Below, in pieces: positions 1-11,968 of a DNA stretch of 64,000 bases. The first letter of the stretch is position 1. Every line of letters starts with the position of its first letter. The position numbers were made by a program, and so were the translations under genes. The notes beneath the pieces are model-generated. The model searched no databases. It was not told where the DNA came from and saw only the letters and a program-made list of their open reading frames with translations. Source of the DNA: Saccostrea cucullata (Eukaryota); contig NW_026926145.1 in NCBI RefSeq assembly GCF_032062105.1, positions 62,001 to 126,000 on the forward strand, written 5' to 3'.

Positions 1-322
1 CTAAACATAAAATTCAGAATTTCAAGGCAAAGATCAAATATCAAGGTTTATGTTGTATTAATGGATTTGAACATGCCATTGGGGGAAGATGTTTTAAAAA
101 TATTTTTCGTTGATTTCTCTAGTGAAAAACAGTTTTACCAAAATTTAGAGTTATCTCTCTTTGTTTTTTCAAACAAATAATATTTTTTTGAAATTTATAT
201 AAAAACTATAAAAAAAAAAATCATTAAAATACGTATATTAACTTTTGAGAACTGAGTAGAGGTTGGAGGGAGAACAATGCTATTTATCTTAATCATATAT
301 TGGTGTACTGGATATGGAATAA

Positions 323-743
323 GGCCATCCTTAAAAATATTCTTTTTTGCGGTAACGCGCCTCATCATTTTAGGTGTGGGTAGGTAGGTAGGCTTATTTT
401 TTTTTTTTTTGAGACAAAAAGTCAGAATTAAATTTCGGTTATATAGAGGTATTAACTTTGTCTTAGATTTCACTTTGAGTCACTAATCAAATAAGAAAAT
501 TAAGGCATTCTTAATGAATCAAATCTTTTATTGTTCAAATATCAGAAGAAATCAGTTTGTTTTTTTTTTAATGGCATCTACTGGTGCAATGGGGACTAAT
601 AAAAATGTCAATAGGATAAAATTAGAACATGGATATGTAAAAAAAAAAGAAAAATTTTTTTGAACCCATAAAAAAATTCCAGTAGGGTGGATTTTGGTGA
701 GTCGGTCGCGTTACCGCAAAAAAACAATTTTTTAAGGATGGCC
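323..743. mobile_element. PIF/Harbinger (Tourist-like) MITE
   Basis: ~37-bp imperfect TIRs GGCCATCCTTAAAAA...GCGGTAACGCG; TAA on both sides (320-322, 744-746). Confidence 0.75.
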
Positions 744-833
744 TAACAGACTGCTGTTATCATGGAAAGGAATGCTATACTGTACAGGTAATGAGGAATA
801 GCGGGTATGACTATGAATATTTATTATTATACG

Positions 834-1037
834 ATTATGGACTTTTTTGGTGTTGAATATGTTTTGTTATTCACCAGAAAAATATTCATATTGACTGAGG
901 CAAAGCCAAGTCAATATGAGTATATTTCTGGTGAATAACATACCATACTTAAGTCATTTTCATGCTTTGAGCACATAAGGCCTGCGTAACAAACCATATT
1001 CAACACCAAAAGAGTCCATAATTGTTTTATTATATAG
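834..1037 (-). mobile_element. Long hairpin end of a Crypton-like non-autonomous element
   Basis: Imperfect palindrome from 834 (ATTATGGACTT..GGTGTTGAATATG) to 1022, centred on GACTGAGGCAAAGCCAAGTC, next to CTATATAATAAAACAATT (minus). The Crypton assignment is from recalled architecture. Confidence 0.45.
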
Positions 1038-1382
1038 TCCAAATTTGAATAAATAAGACATTGAAGGCTGAATGACGACACCATTTGGCATTTCCATTAG
1101 CGAACTTCTATCGTTGAAAAAAAAAGTCAAGCTTACAGTTTGTCACCCCCTTGTTTTTTCCGGTGTTTCTCTGTGTAAGAGGTCCAAATGTTTAAAAATA
1201 ATCCTGCAATAGGTTTGTATAATATGTTTTCTGCTCAGATATCTAGCTTGCTGTGGCTGTTGCAAGCATTGTTTACAACATTGTATGATATGTTGATTGT
1301 GACGTCACAATGCCGCTGCATGTGCAATGACCCTCTGGTGAATACGGCCTCAAATCCAGGGAATATGTACATGATGTAGTGT

Positions 1383-1896
1383 GGGTGCCAGTCAAAGTGC
1401 TCCCTAATAAAAACGTCCTGGTCAAAGCGTCTTCTAATTTTAGTCAAAGCGCCCCCTAAAATATTTTTACAGGAAAAATAACACCCATTAAATAATGGTC
1501 AAGGCGTCCCCTGATTTTAATCAAAGTGCCCCCTGATTTTGGTCAAAGTGCCCCTAACATTTTTTTTTTTAGAAAATATATCTTTAATTAAACCAATCTT
1601 TACTGTCCCCAAGAAATGGTCAAAGGGTCCCCTGGGTTTGGTCAAAGCGTCCCCTAATTTTGGTCAAAGTGCCCCCTTATATAATTTCTTAGGGCCGGGG
1701 CACGTTGATTAAAATCAGGGAATGCTTTGACCAATATTTGGGGGCAGTTTGGGGGGATGTTTCATTGTTTTGTAACATCATTTTACCGTAAAATTCTATA
1801 AGAGGCGCTTTGACCAAATTCAGGGCCTATTTTGACCAAAATCTGGGGACGCTTTGACCAGGACGGTTTTATTAGGGGATGCTTTGACTGGATTTC
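1383..1896. mobile_element. Mutator-like foldback MITE
   Basis: 9-bp TSD ATGTAGTGT (1374-1382, 1897-1905); G...C ends; TIR core CCAGTCAAAG; internal GGTCAAAG(C/T)G(T/C)CCC repeats that invert across the element. Confidence 0.8.
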
Positions 1897-2031
1897 ATGT
1901 AGTGTTATGAACTGTTTGTGCTTGTATAGATTATAAAGGTGGGTATATAAATAGACTAAATAATAATAATATGAAATATTGTTTCAAATATTACATCGTA
2001 CTTGTTAAATGAACAGTTATAAGCAGACATA

Positions 2032-3323
2032 CAGGAGTGAAAATCTACCAATTTGACCTTATTAGTGATTGATGAATATCAGGTCCAGTACAATCAGTAC
2101 ATTTAGCTACGTAGGTAGAATTACCTAGGTAGCTTTATTTACCTACCTCAGATAGCTTGATTTAGCTACCAAATGAATTTATTTCTATAAAAAAGCATTT
2201 TTCTCAGCATGTGCAAAAACTATCATGTTGATGCCGTGATCATTTTCAACTCTGAACTCATGTAAGAACAATTCATGAAATATGAAGAAATGTCTTTTTC
2301 TGCGCAATTGCAATCAAAGTTCTGAAAGTTTTGAGACTATGTATGACAGTTACTCTTGAATGAAATGACAAAGAAGTCCAGTTCTGGTTAACATGATAAT
2401 AGGTTGGTAATTATTCAGCACAATGTAAAGTAATCATACTCAGTCATGCCTCACCGCAAACAATGGAATTACATGTTTTGCTCTAAATTGACCAAACGCA
2501 GCAATGTTTAAACTATCTCTGCTTTGGATTGTTTTTTAAAGACAACCTAGTATAAATATCAATAGTCATTTAACTGCGATTTTTTGCCTCTTTTCCATAA
2601 AAGAAAAGTTACATTGAAATAGCTAAATAAAGCTACCTGAGGTAGGTAAATAAAGCTACGTAGGTAATTCTACCTACGTAGCAAAATGTACTGATTGTAC
2701 TGGACCTGGGATATGTTCTCAATAATTTAGTCTGAAATATCTAGCGTCTTCCGGGTTTTCAGATATTTTCTGAGCAAGGAAAACGTCAGGACCTGCGCCA
2801 TTACGAGAACTGGAAATTTCGCCGTCTCCAGTCAGAGTTGATTTTCCATACCTGGGATCCGAACCGCGTTAAACTGCAATAAATGCTGTTGTCTTATTTT
2901 TTCAATGACACAATGCGTGTTGTACTCGGTAATGTCGATGAAAAAAAACATCACTCGTCATTTTGATTCAGGACTTGAACTTTTTTTAAATGTGTTAAAA
3001 TTCACGAAATGAAATCTCGACGGTCCATCGTATTTTTTTATTTTATATTAAAAAGATGTTGGTGAGTACTAGATGCATTGCACTATTGATAAATTGTGAG
3101 TTTGAAATTTCATTCGCTTTGCAAATATCGAAAAACAACCCGAAATCGGCGAGAATGCCGCCTCTGGTTGGAATACCGAGTTTTCGGAAAGGCGCCAATT
3201 TTGACGGTTTTCTTGCACAAATAATACAAAAATAGTTAAAAAGCCATGAAAACGTCAGATATTTCGGACATTAAATAATAATTTTCAGTCACCTTCAATC
3301 GCTTGATGCAGTCATGCCCCCTG
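2032..3323. mobile_element. Old TA-flanked (Tc1/mariner-type) MITE hosting the 2080-2708 insertion
   Basis: TA|CAGG...CCTG|TA ends; subterminal inverted matches between 2720-2790 and 3200-3280. Confidence 0.4.
2080..2708. mobile_element. MITE with ~89-bp TIRs (CAGGTCCAGTACAATCAG...)
   Basis: Near-perfect long TIRs 2080-2168 and ~2620-2708; probable 6-bp TSD GAATAT/GGATAT (one mismatch). Confidence 0.8.
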
Positions 3324-3989
3324 TAACCGCACAAGAGCTACATGATCAGTACATGGTGTTTTTTTTTCTCTCCGACGTCTGCTGCAACTCCAACTTTCTG
3401 TTCTTCATCAGCAGGAGAGTTCCACAAAGGGGAGATAATCTGCTTACGCGCGTTCATATTTGTGATACATTGTAAATCAAATTATTTGCTGTAGACTATC
3501 CAACTACCATTTTTTATGATTGGATTTATAACTTCAAAACCCGTAGTTTTTATTGTATGTATGATCGTGATAGAGTTTGGTTGCGTTTTTGCGTAAAATA
3601 TTTATGAAAATTATGGTGATTTTACAGCATTTGGTAAAAACAAAGCAAAGTAGGGCCCAATGCTTTAAAATAAATATGGAAAAAATTAAATCTGCCTTAT
3701 ATATTGAAATTGAGAAAAACATAGTTTAATTCTGTAATTAATTTTGACAGGGTTATCAATAATCAAATTTCACACTTTTCAAGCATTAAAATCGCTGTTG
3801 CTATGGTAACAAGGAAGATGTGACCCACATAACTCATGTTTGAAAAGACATTCATCTATACTTCCATGCGTCCAAATATTAAAGCAAAATATTTTTTTTC
3901 ACATTCCACTCACTTTATATACAATACTCAATGGTTACTGACACGGCCTCTTAACTCAAATGAAATTCCAAAATTAGATAAAATCACCT

Positions 3990-4565
3990 CTTTGATTAAG
4001 AAAAAGATATTGAAGAAAATGAAGTTTTACAAGTTGTAAAAAATATGAAGAATGATAAATCTCCTGGAAGTGATGGTTTCACAACTGAATTTTTGTTAAT
4101 TTATCTGGAGTGATCTTAAAGTCTACGTACATTATGCGAGCTATAAATTGTATATCGTCAAAAAAAAAAAAAAGAAATTCCTATTTCACAAAGACTAGGA
4201 ATAATTTAATTCATGTATACCCAATGGGAATAAACCAAGACAATTTTTGAAAATTTGAAACCATAACTCTACTAAATTACAGAATAACACTCAAACTGAA
4301 TTCCTAAAAGGAAGATATCTTGGTGAAAACACCAGATTTATTTATGATTAAATGGCATATACAGAAGCTAAAAATATACCAGGATTATTGGTTTTAATCG
4401 ATTTTGAAAATTTAAAGCTTTTGATTCAATTTCATTGTTCATGGTCTTTTATTTATAAAGTATTGAACTATGTTAGTTTTGGAAATAATATAATTAATTG
4501 GATAAAAATTCTTAATACAAATTTTAAAGCATCTGAGTTTTGCAATGCAGATTTTTATCAGAACA
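3990..4565 (+). pseudogene. Decayed L1/Tx1-type LINE reverse transcriptase fragment
   Basis: Frameshifted motifs MKNDKSPGSDGFTTEF, NKPRQFLK, FLKGRYLGENTR, GLLVLIDFE, WSFIYKVL. Confidence 0.8.
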
Positions 4566-5521
4566 AGTGACATATATTATATTCATGGTGATGGGAGGGG
4601 CTTAAAAAAAAAAAATCTCTGTGCTGGTAAAAATCTCAAATCTACCAGCCCATGATAGCAGGGACCTATATACTTTTGTTAAAAAAGGTTACTAAATGAT
4701 CTGTTCAAAGTACTAGTACTATTTACAAATATATCAATAAAGTTTAGATCAACTTGTTTAGAAATTACTATAAAACTTTAATTTACTAATCAAAATTGAA
4801 TTGGATAAGATAAATACAGTGTATAGGGTAATTTAAATTAGTCTGGCCTGAAATGGAAGTAAATGATCACCCAATCCTACATGATCACAATGATTTGATC
4901 AGTTTGTGTGTAGTACACACCATCAGGTACTGTTAGTAGAGTTTGTGTTTGTCAGACAGAGTGGGGGGTACAGGTAAATCATTTGCGATAGGTATATACA
5001 GTATCAGGTGTGTCATGCAATGCTCAAGTCTGGAATATAATTATCAGTGTAGCTAATTAACTTCAAGAATCAGGACTATTATAATCATAAATAAAGGTAA
5101 GAAGCTGACTTTTACCCGCTTAAATACTTACATGAGTGTGGTTGTTTTTTGTAATGTAGACCTTTGAAGCCATAGGTCATGATCATGCTAATATGAATTA
5201 AACATTTTAAGTTATGAAAATATGTCAATTGTTGTGATTTTGTAGGCATAGTTCCCTCTGTACCCTGTTTAAATTCAAAAATCAAATAGTTTTAGGATAA
5301 AAGTAAAAAAGGTGTATTACTGTTAATCATGTTAATAAGTAACCACTGTACCCATTGTAACCCGGATACATTGACAGTCCTTCAGAAATTTTCTACTTTC
5401 ATTTTCCAATGGTTTTGTACTGTACCCTAATTGTAACCTTATTAGTAAAGGATAAATAGAGGTGTACCCTAGGGTACAAAAGTATCACCTAAAAACGCAG
5501 TACCAATTTCTTGCCATATAT

Positions 5522-5593
5522 GACCCCTTATCTCAACTGGTAGAGCACTGGACTAGCAAGCCAGAGCCCTGGGTTCAATCCCCAGCAGAGGCA
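5522..5593 (+). other. tRNA-derived sequence (pseudo-tRNA, or SINE/LTR head)
   Basis: A-box-like TATCTCAACTGGTAGAGC, anticodon arm CTGGA-CTAGCAA-GCCAG, B-box GGGTTCAATCCC. The acceptor stem does not pair, so this is not a functional tRNA. Confidence 0.55.
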
Positions 5594-5903
5594 AAAAAAT
5601 TGTCTCTGTTTCAGAAACGCTATATCAAGCTATTCAGAATAACTTATTATATATATATATTCAAATCAATGAGAATATAGCAGACCTGCTGGAAAGCACT
5701 CTGGTAAGAAACACGTCTCAACACTATAACCTGATGTAGACTAACCACAACACTTGATGATGATACTCTATAATTTTGGAATGTTTCATAATCATCGATT
5801 AATTTTTATCTGCTGCTTTGTTACATTGAAAGGAACTGTCAAATTTTCCGAGGAAATTCGAAATAAACACATGCTTATTCAAGTTTCTTCACATGTGACT
5901 TAC

Positions 5904-6017
5904 CATGAGGAAATTGCAGGGCATCTGTGCTAAAGATTTTTCTGCGTTCCTCATCTCTTTCTGTCTCTCTTTTTGTTTCTCTGCCTTCTTTCGCTGTCCT
6001 GTCTTTTTCTTCGGCAT
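5904..6017 (-). CDS. ZNF330: Zinc finger protein 330 / NOA36, first coding exon (later exons not found in the window, presumably beyond its left edge)
   Basis: Minus strand from ATG at 6017 reads MPKKKTGQRKKAEKQKERQKEMRNAEKSLAQMPCNFLM (38 codons), followed by a GTAAGT donor. This matches the distinctive NOA36/ZNF330 N-terminus MPKKKTG(A/Q)RKKAE...PCNxxM, which normally continues ECDKC. Not in the ORF track in this frame. Confidence 0.88.
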
Positions 6018-6326
6018 TTTGACAAATACTTTCCTGAGAGTGACAGTTCTCTACAAGAGTTCACTGCCCTTCTTGCTAGCAACTTCCGTTTGAAATTATT
6101 TGAATCGGTAACTGGAAAAACCCGAAACCCCCCGATTTTTGGAGAATACCCATACAGGAGAGGTGAAACCCCAATAAAGTGGTGGAAACCCCATAAAATT
6201 GAATGTAATAGGGTACTATAAGTCCTACGGTGATGTTTAATTGAATGATATTGACATCCGTAAATTTTTATAGCCAATTTTACCTCAGAATCTTTGGGTT
6301 TCTTCTTTTCTTGATATACTGCACAC

Positions 6327-7917
6327 GGGTGCAAGATGTTTCGGGACCACGACGTTTCGGGACCTGACAAATACGACGTTTCGGGACTAGCGACAAGACG
6401 GTTCGGGACTTGGGTAAAGACGATTCGGGACTTGTGTTAATTTTTTTCGGGATCTCAACAAATTATTTTATTATGGTAAAAAGCATAAAAAAAATTATTA
6501 TTCTAAGTACACATATACGTACTATTTCAAGCTTAATCCGAATTTTAATATTTATAATAAAAAGTGTCATAAAGATATACTTTGATGTGTTTTTTTCCAT
6601 AACAGACGAATAAGAATAAATCTTTACAAAATTCATTTTTATTTCTAAAAATCCTATCAAATTTTTTTATTAGTTATTTTTTCTTGAGTGTGTGGTAAGG
6701 GGGTGGGGCATACTTTAAGCTTCTCAGGTTGATGATATATATTTCAAAAATATTCAAGTGATTTCCAGCTACCGTTTTATATCTTTAAAAAATATGTCAG
6801 CAAATTGTTAAAACAACAACTTAGGTCAGGTGTTGGTGTTACGTACTTGTATAAAAACACCGCCGGTAATTGGCAACTTAAAAGATTGTATGGTTTCTTT
6901 TGAAATTATTTGAAAATAAAATTCTAAAAATATGGAAAAAAATATCGTTTTCTTTATTGGTAAATGAAATAATTTAGAATCAAACAATATTTATAAAATA
7001 GCAATGATTTTCCCATCATCAAAATATAAACAATGATAAAGTTTTCAATATGTTTTGAACTTGATTTTGTCTATTTTTTCCCGAACGGTTTCAAATATTT
7101 TTTTTTTCAAAAAGTGTTTCCAAAACATTGTCAACGATCATAGGCAGTTATGCCTGCTGTTCAATCCATTTCTATGAATAATATATTTGAATTTGGACTT
7201 TCGAGGGATTAATTTTTTTAAAATGATAATTATAAATTCTATAAATTGATGTTTAAAAAGTTGAATATGGAACATTTCAGATTCTGATTTAAAACAACTA
7301 CCCGTAAAACGTAAAGTTTTTACTGCTCGTGTGCTAGCTTGAGCCTTTGTAAATTCTGTAAACAAATATGAAATTAAATACCTAAAATATTATTAAATAA
7401 CGAGAGAAAGAAATCTTAAAAAGAAAAACACGTCCGTTGTCTTTACACAGCAGTTACGACTGTATTCTACAAACTCTCGTATCAAACACTATAAATAAAT
7501 CAAATACATTATATTTAAAAAAATATTTTTTGAATTAAATTTTGGTCAATTGTTAACCATCTATTTTATAAAGGTAATATATCAAATAATGAAATAAGAA
7601 ATTAAAGAGACAACACCGCGGGCGTTTGATTTTATCGGCAGGCCTGCTCCATGCCGTATGCAAACTTTAAAACTAATAAAAACTCCATTCTGTGCTTTTT
7701 AAATTATAAATTGTGTATCAAATTAAGAAATTATACATGTATAAACTTAAAAACACAAGTAAACAAGTTTTATTTCATTTCCTTAACAAAATATTTAGAA
7801 GTCCCGAAACGTGTTAGCTCAAGTCTCGAAACGTGTTAACCCAAGTCCCGAAACGTGTTGTCAGGTCCCGAAACGTCGGGGTCCCGAAACGTCGCGGTCC
7901 CGAAACATCCAGAATTC
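6327..7917. mobile_element. Mutator-like foldback element inserted in the left TIR of the Merlin-like element
   Basis: TSD CTGCACAC (6319-6326, 7918-7925); subterminal GTTTCGGGAC arrays inverted at the two ends; GGGTGC / GAATTC ends resemble those of the 1383-1896 element. Confidence 0.8.
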
Positions 7918-8094
7918 CTGCACACCACGCCCGATCTAAATTCGCGATCGCTGTCGTTTCGAGTAATCCGTGGAAATAATTACTGTAATCTTGATTAATA
8001 TGAATATTATATTATGTATGAATATTATTTTTAAAAAAAATTATTTGTAAGGAAACATTAAGAATATAAAAGAAGTATGAAATATTTATCATGT

Positions 8095-8401
8095 TGAAAG
8101 ACATTACAGTGCAATGTTTAATTGAATTTTTTAAAAAGAATTTAACTAGTCCATTAATCAAGAAATAAAGTCATTTTTATAAATTCCAATCATTTATAAT
8201 ATGTAATTAAATTAAATTAATTAATGAATGAATCTGTTAATGTAATTATTATAATGAAAGACATTACAGTGAAATTTTTAATTGAATTTTTTTTTATGAA
8301 TTTAACTAGTCCATTAATCAAGGAATAAAGTAATTTTTCTGAATTCCAATCATTTATAACATGTAATTAGATTAAATTAACTAATGAATGAATTTGTTAA
8401 T
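8095..8401. repeat. Tandem duplication, ~160-bp AT-rich unit x2
   Basis: TGAAAGACATTACAGTG...AATGAATGAAT.TGTTAAT repeated at ~8095 and ~8255. Confidence 0.85.
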
Positions 8402-10870
8402 TTATTCAATTTTTAATTAAGGTGTTTGTTTTGAAATGTTTTCTTCTATGTTTAATAATTAATTTTTAAATTCATTCATGATTATTTTCCAGTTACTAAT
8501 TTTTTGTTTTAATGTTTTTTTTTGTTTTTTTTTTTTTGGAGGGGGGGTTATTTTTGGTTTTGTTTTTTGTTTTGTTTTGTTTTGTTTTTTATGCAAGTAA
8601 TAGAAAAAAAATATACTCATTGATATGTGAAAGCAACATGTATCCATTACAATGAAATTATTAGAATCCAGGTCTATAAAATAAAAAAGTCTGATAAAAA
8701 ATAATAAAAATGTGCATGTTGCATATGTGAATCCTTGTACAGTTGGCATTGTAACATTATTGTGAGAATATTATTCACACCCCAGCTAGCTCTGTTGTTT
8801 TGTACTGGGATAGACAGGCACCCCTGTGTGTGTACATGCACTATATACACAGCTGTTGACACTTGGTCAACTTGATAATAAACACCTTTTGTTTAAACAC
8901 CTGGGTTCCCAGCTAGTCTGACCAACCCCCCTCTGGCAGGGCATGTGTATATACATTGAACCTTTACTATTCTCAATTGTACAGTTATGCTTTACAGAAT
9001 TTCATTTTAAGGACGATAGCACGTACACACATAAGGAAAATATGAATTTTGATAATTCATGACAAATTAATAAATAAAGACCTTTTAAATTAGTAATAAC
9101 TGAAAATATTCATAGTTTCCTTATTTTCCCAGCTCTATAGCCGCGTGGAGGCCTCCTTAAAGTGTAGAGCCATGATTTGAATTTTGAAACAAAAATATTA
9201 CAAGAAACATATATTGACGCAAGCGTCAAAAATCGGCCACAAACCAATTAATTGTTCCATATACGTTTGATATTTAGTACCGGTAATTAGAAAATGAAAT
9301 TTGCGTGACCTGTTTTTAAAATTTCTTATATTTTTCTATTAAAATATCCTCGTGACATGAAACACTTGCATACGACATTGCTGATTTCTTCCATGCATAA
9401 TGCATGTACAATATTATATATGTATAAGCAAACTGTCCATAGACCTCTGCGTCGGTACTTAAATTGTAAACGAACCGCTCTGGTGGAAGTTAATGTTTAA
9501 GTAGTTTTCACATAAAAGTACAGAACTAAAATTTAAACTAAGCTTTAGTTTTATTTTAATAAAAACGCAATTAACAAATATGAAATATGTCGGGCTCTTC
9601 GCTCTCTCTAAGAGGATATTAACACCCCCCCCCCAAATCTCCCTCTAGATCCACCACTATATTTCTTCTTTTTTGGTGTTGACATGTGGCGGGAAAACGC
9701 ATGGCACATTGTAAAACGCGCTTTATCCTAGAGACTAGACCAAAATGTTGTAAGATTCTGTGCTTTTAAGAAATAAATATTTCATCAAATTTTTGAAAAT
9801 TTTCCATAGAAAACGTATAAATATACACGTCATTTCAAAATAAATACAACAAATCCCGTTTAGGCTGTTTAAAAATAGAAAGTAAAATTGTTGATTCACA
9901 ACGCTGTCTTTGTTTTAGACTATGCCTACATATAACTTCGCCGCACTTTAATCATGTCGGAGTATGTCAATCAGGATTGGATGAAACACTTATACACTGT
10001 ACCCCCATTATTTATAAGATTTTAATTTTATTATTATTGTGCTTTTTGTTAAACATTTAAAAATATCTATTGATATTCTATAATACGAACGTTAAATATT
10101 TTTATTCAAATCGTTGTAACTCCGCAGCAACGCAGGTCGACTTCAAACTTTCATATCAAGTAACCGACCGCCTCCTGGCGGCCGGAAAAAACCAAAGGAC
10201 CGAAAGATGACCGAAAGATAAAAAATAAAAAAAACTTAAAAAAGATTTTTTAAAAACTTAAAGATACTGGATCATTATTCCTAGTCAATCTTTTGTTCAT
10301 ATATAAAAATATTTGTTAATTTGTTAATTTTGCTTTGAAGCTTTTGGAATGCCATATACGACAGCCAACTGCTTACTGCCAACTGCTCACTGCTTACTGC
10401 CAACTGTCAGCTGCTTACTGCCAACTGTCACATATATTTGAATAAATTTTCATATTTACATTGATATTAATGTGAATTTTCAAAAAAACAGACGCGGATC
10501 CAGGATTTTCTTCCAAGAGGGTCACCCCAGTAAAAAAATCCAACCCGGAAATTTTTTGACAAGAAGAATAGAAAAAACCGTTAATGCCTTTCCTAAACTA
10601 TTTTCGGCCGGGGGGGGGGGGGCTTCCTATACTTAATAGCTTCATATAATTTAAAATAATTAAATAAATAAATAATATTTTTTCAATGGGCCTTTACCAA
10701 TTACTGTAATTGTAATTGTGCCAATAAAATATGTGTATTTGTGAAAATTTTTAATACCAGCTTAACACGCATCCGCGTTTTCGGAGGGGGGGGGGGGGTA
10801 AGTTGGTTTAGTTTTTACATTAAATACATGTAACTTTACAAATTCCAAAAAGGGGGATGTCCGGACCCGC

Positions 10871-10873
<3 letters not shown>

Positions 10874-10901
<28 letters not shown>
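10874..10901. repeat. (CT)n microsatellite
   Basis: ~14 CT units. Confidence 0.9.
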
Positions 10902-11339
10902 AGACCTGAACATATAAAACTTATTTGTAAAAACAGACACATATATCTTTAATTTGAGGAGAAAAAAATTAACTAATAGAATTAACGGATAATTTATTTT
11001 TCAAATATCTCGCCCGCGAAGATATTTTTCGATTATTTTTCGAGGGTTTGTGTTAAAGATCAAAAACAGGAAAGATGTTTTGAAAATAAATTAACATTTT
11101 CCATTAATTTCTGATTAAAACTGACCTTGGACCCCCCACCCCCCCACCCCCTAGATATGGAGATATGAAGCATACCCTCCAACCCCCCAACCCCGTCGGA
11201 ATAATTTCAATAAAGAAAGGAGATTATTTTATTTTTTTCGTGTGAAGAAATTTCTTGGTTGGATTTTTTTTTTTACTGGGATGGACCCCTCCTGGAAGAA
11301 AATGCCTGGATCCGCGTCTGGTTATTTGAAAATGTACAT

Positions 11340-11968
11340 AATCATATAAAAATAGGTAACAAATTAACTCCCCCATATAGACCAGAAATAGGAGTTCGAC
11401 AGGGAGACGTATTAAGCCCAAATATTTTTAAAATATTTCTCAATGATTTTTCCAAATTACTTGATGAAGAAAATACTGGACATGTTTCTCTTTCTGGAAA
11501 GAAAATTTCCTAACATATTATGCTGATGATCTTGTTTTATTATCGGATAGCCAAAAAGGACTGCAGAACAAATTAGACCTACTTTACAAATACTGTACAG
11601 ACTGGTGCTTAGAAATTAATACAAGTAAAACCAAAGTAGTGATCTTTAATAAAAGTGGTCATTTTATTAATGAAAAGTTCACACTTGAAAATTCCCTTAT
11701 TGAATGTGTAAACAAATATAAATACTTAGGTATTATTTTAACCTCATATGGATCCTTCAAAGAAGCAAGATCTCATTTATATTATAAAGCACTTAAAGCT
11801 TCTTTCAAATTATACAAAGACCTAAAAGCTGTTCATCCTCCCATCAAAACACTCCTTCACCTTTTTGATCACATGATAAAGCCTGTTGCATTATATGGCT
11901 GTGAAATTTGGGGAACCCTTACAGCACGCATACAAGATAAAAACAAACATTTATACGATATTTTTAAA
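11340..11968 (+). pseudogene. RTE-X-like LINE reverse transcriptase fragment
   Basis: [52 protein letters not shown]; disrupted near 11510. Confidence 0.8.

Noticed and set aside
5522-5593. Functional tRNA-Ala(AGC)
   Set aside because: The acceptor stem is unpaired and the D and anticodon stems have mismatches; treated as a tRNA-derived repeat.
5951-6370. 139-aa minus-strand ORF and its partial inverted twin at 12438-12653
   Set aside because: The shared peptide comes from the transposon TIR; the real exon (ZNF330) is in a different frame.
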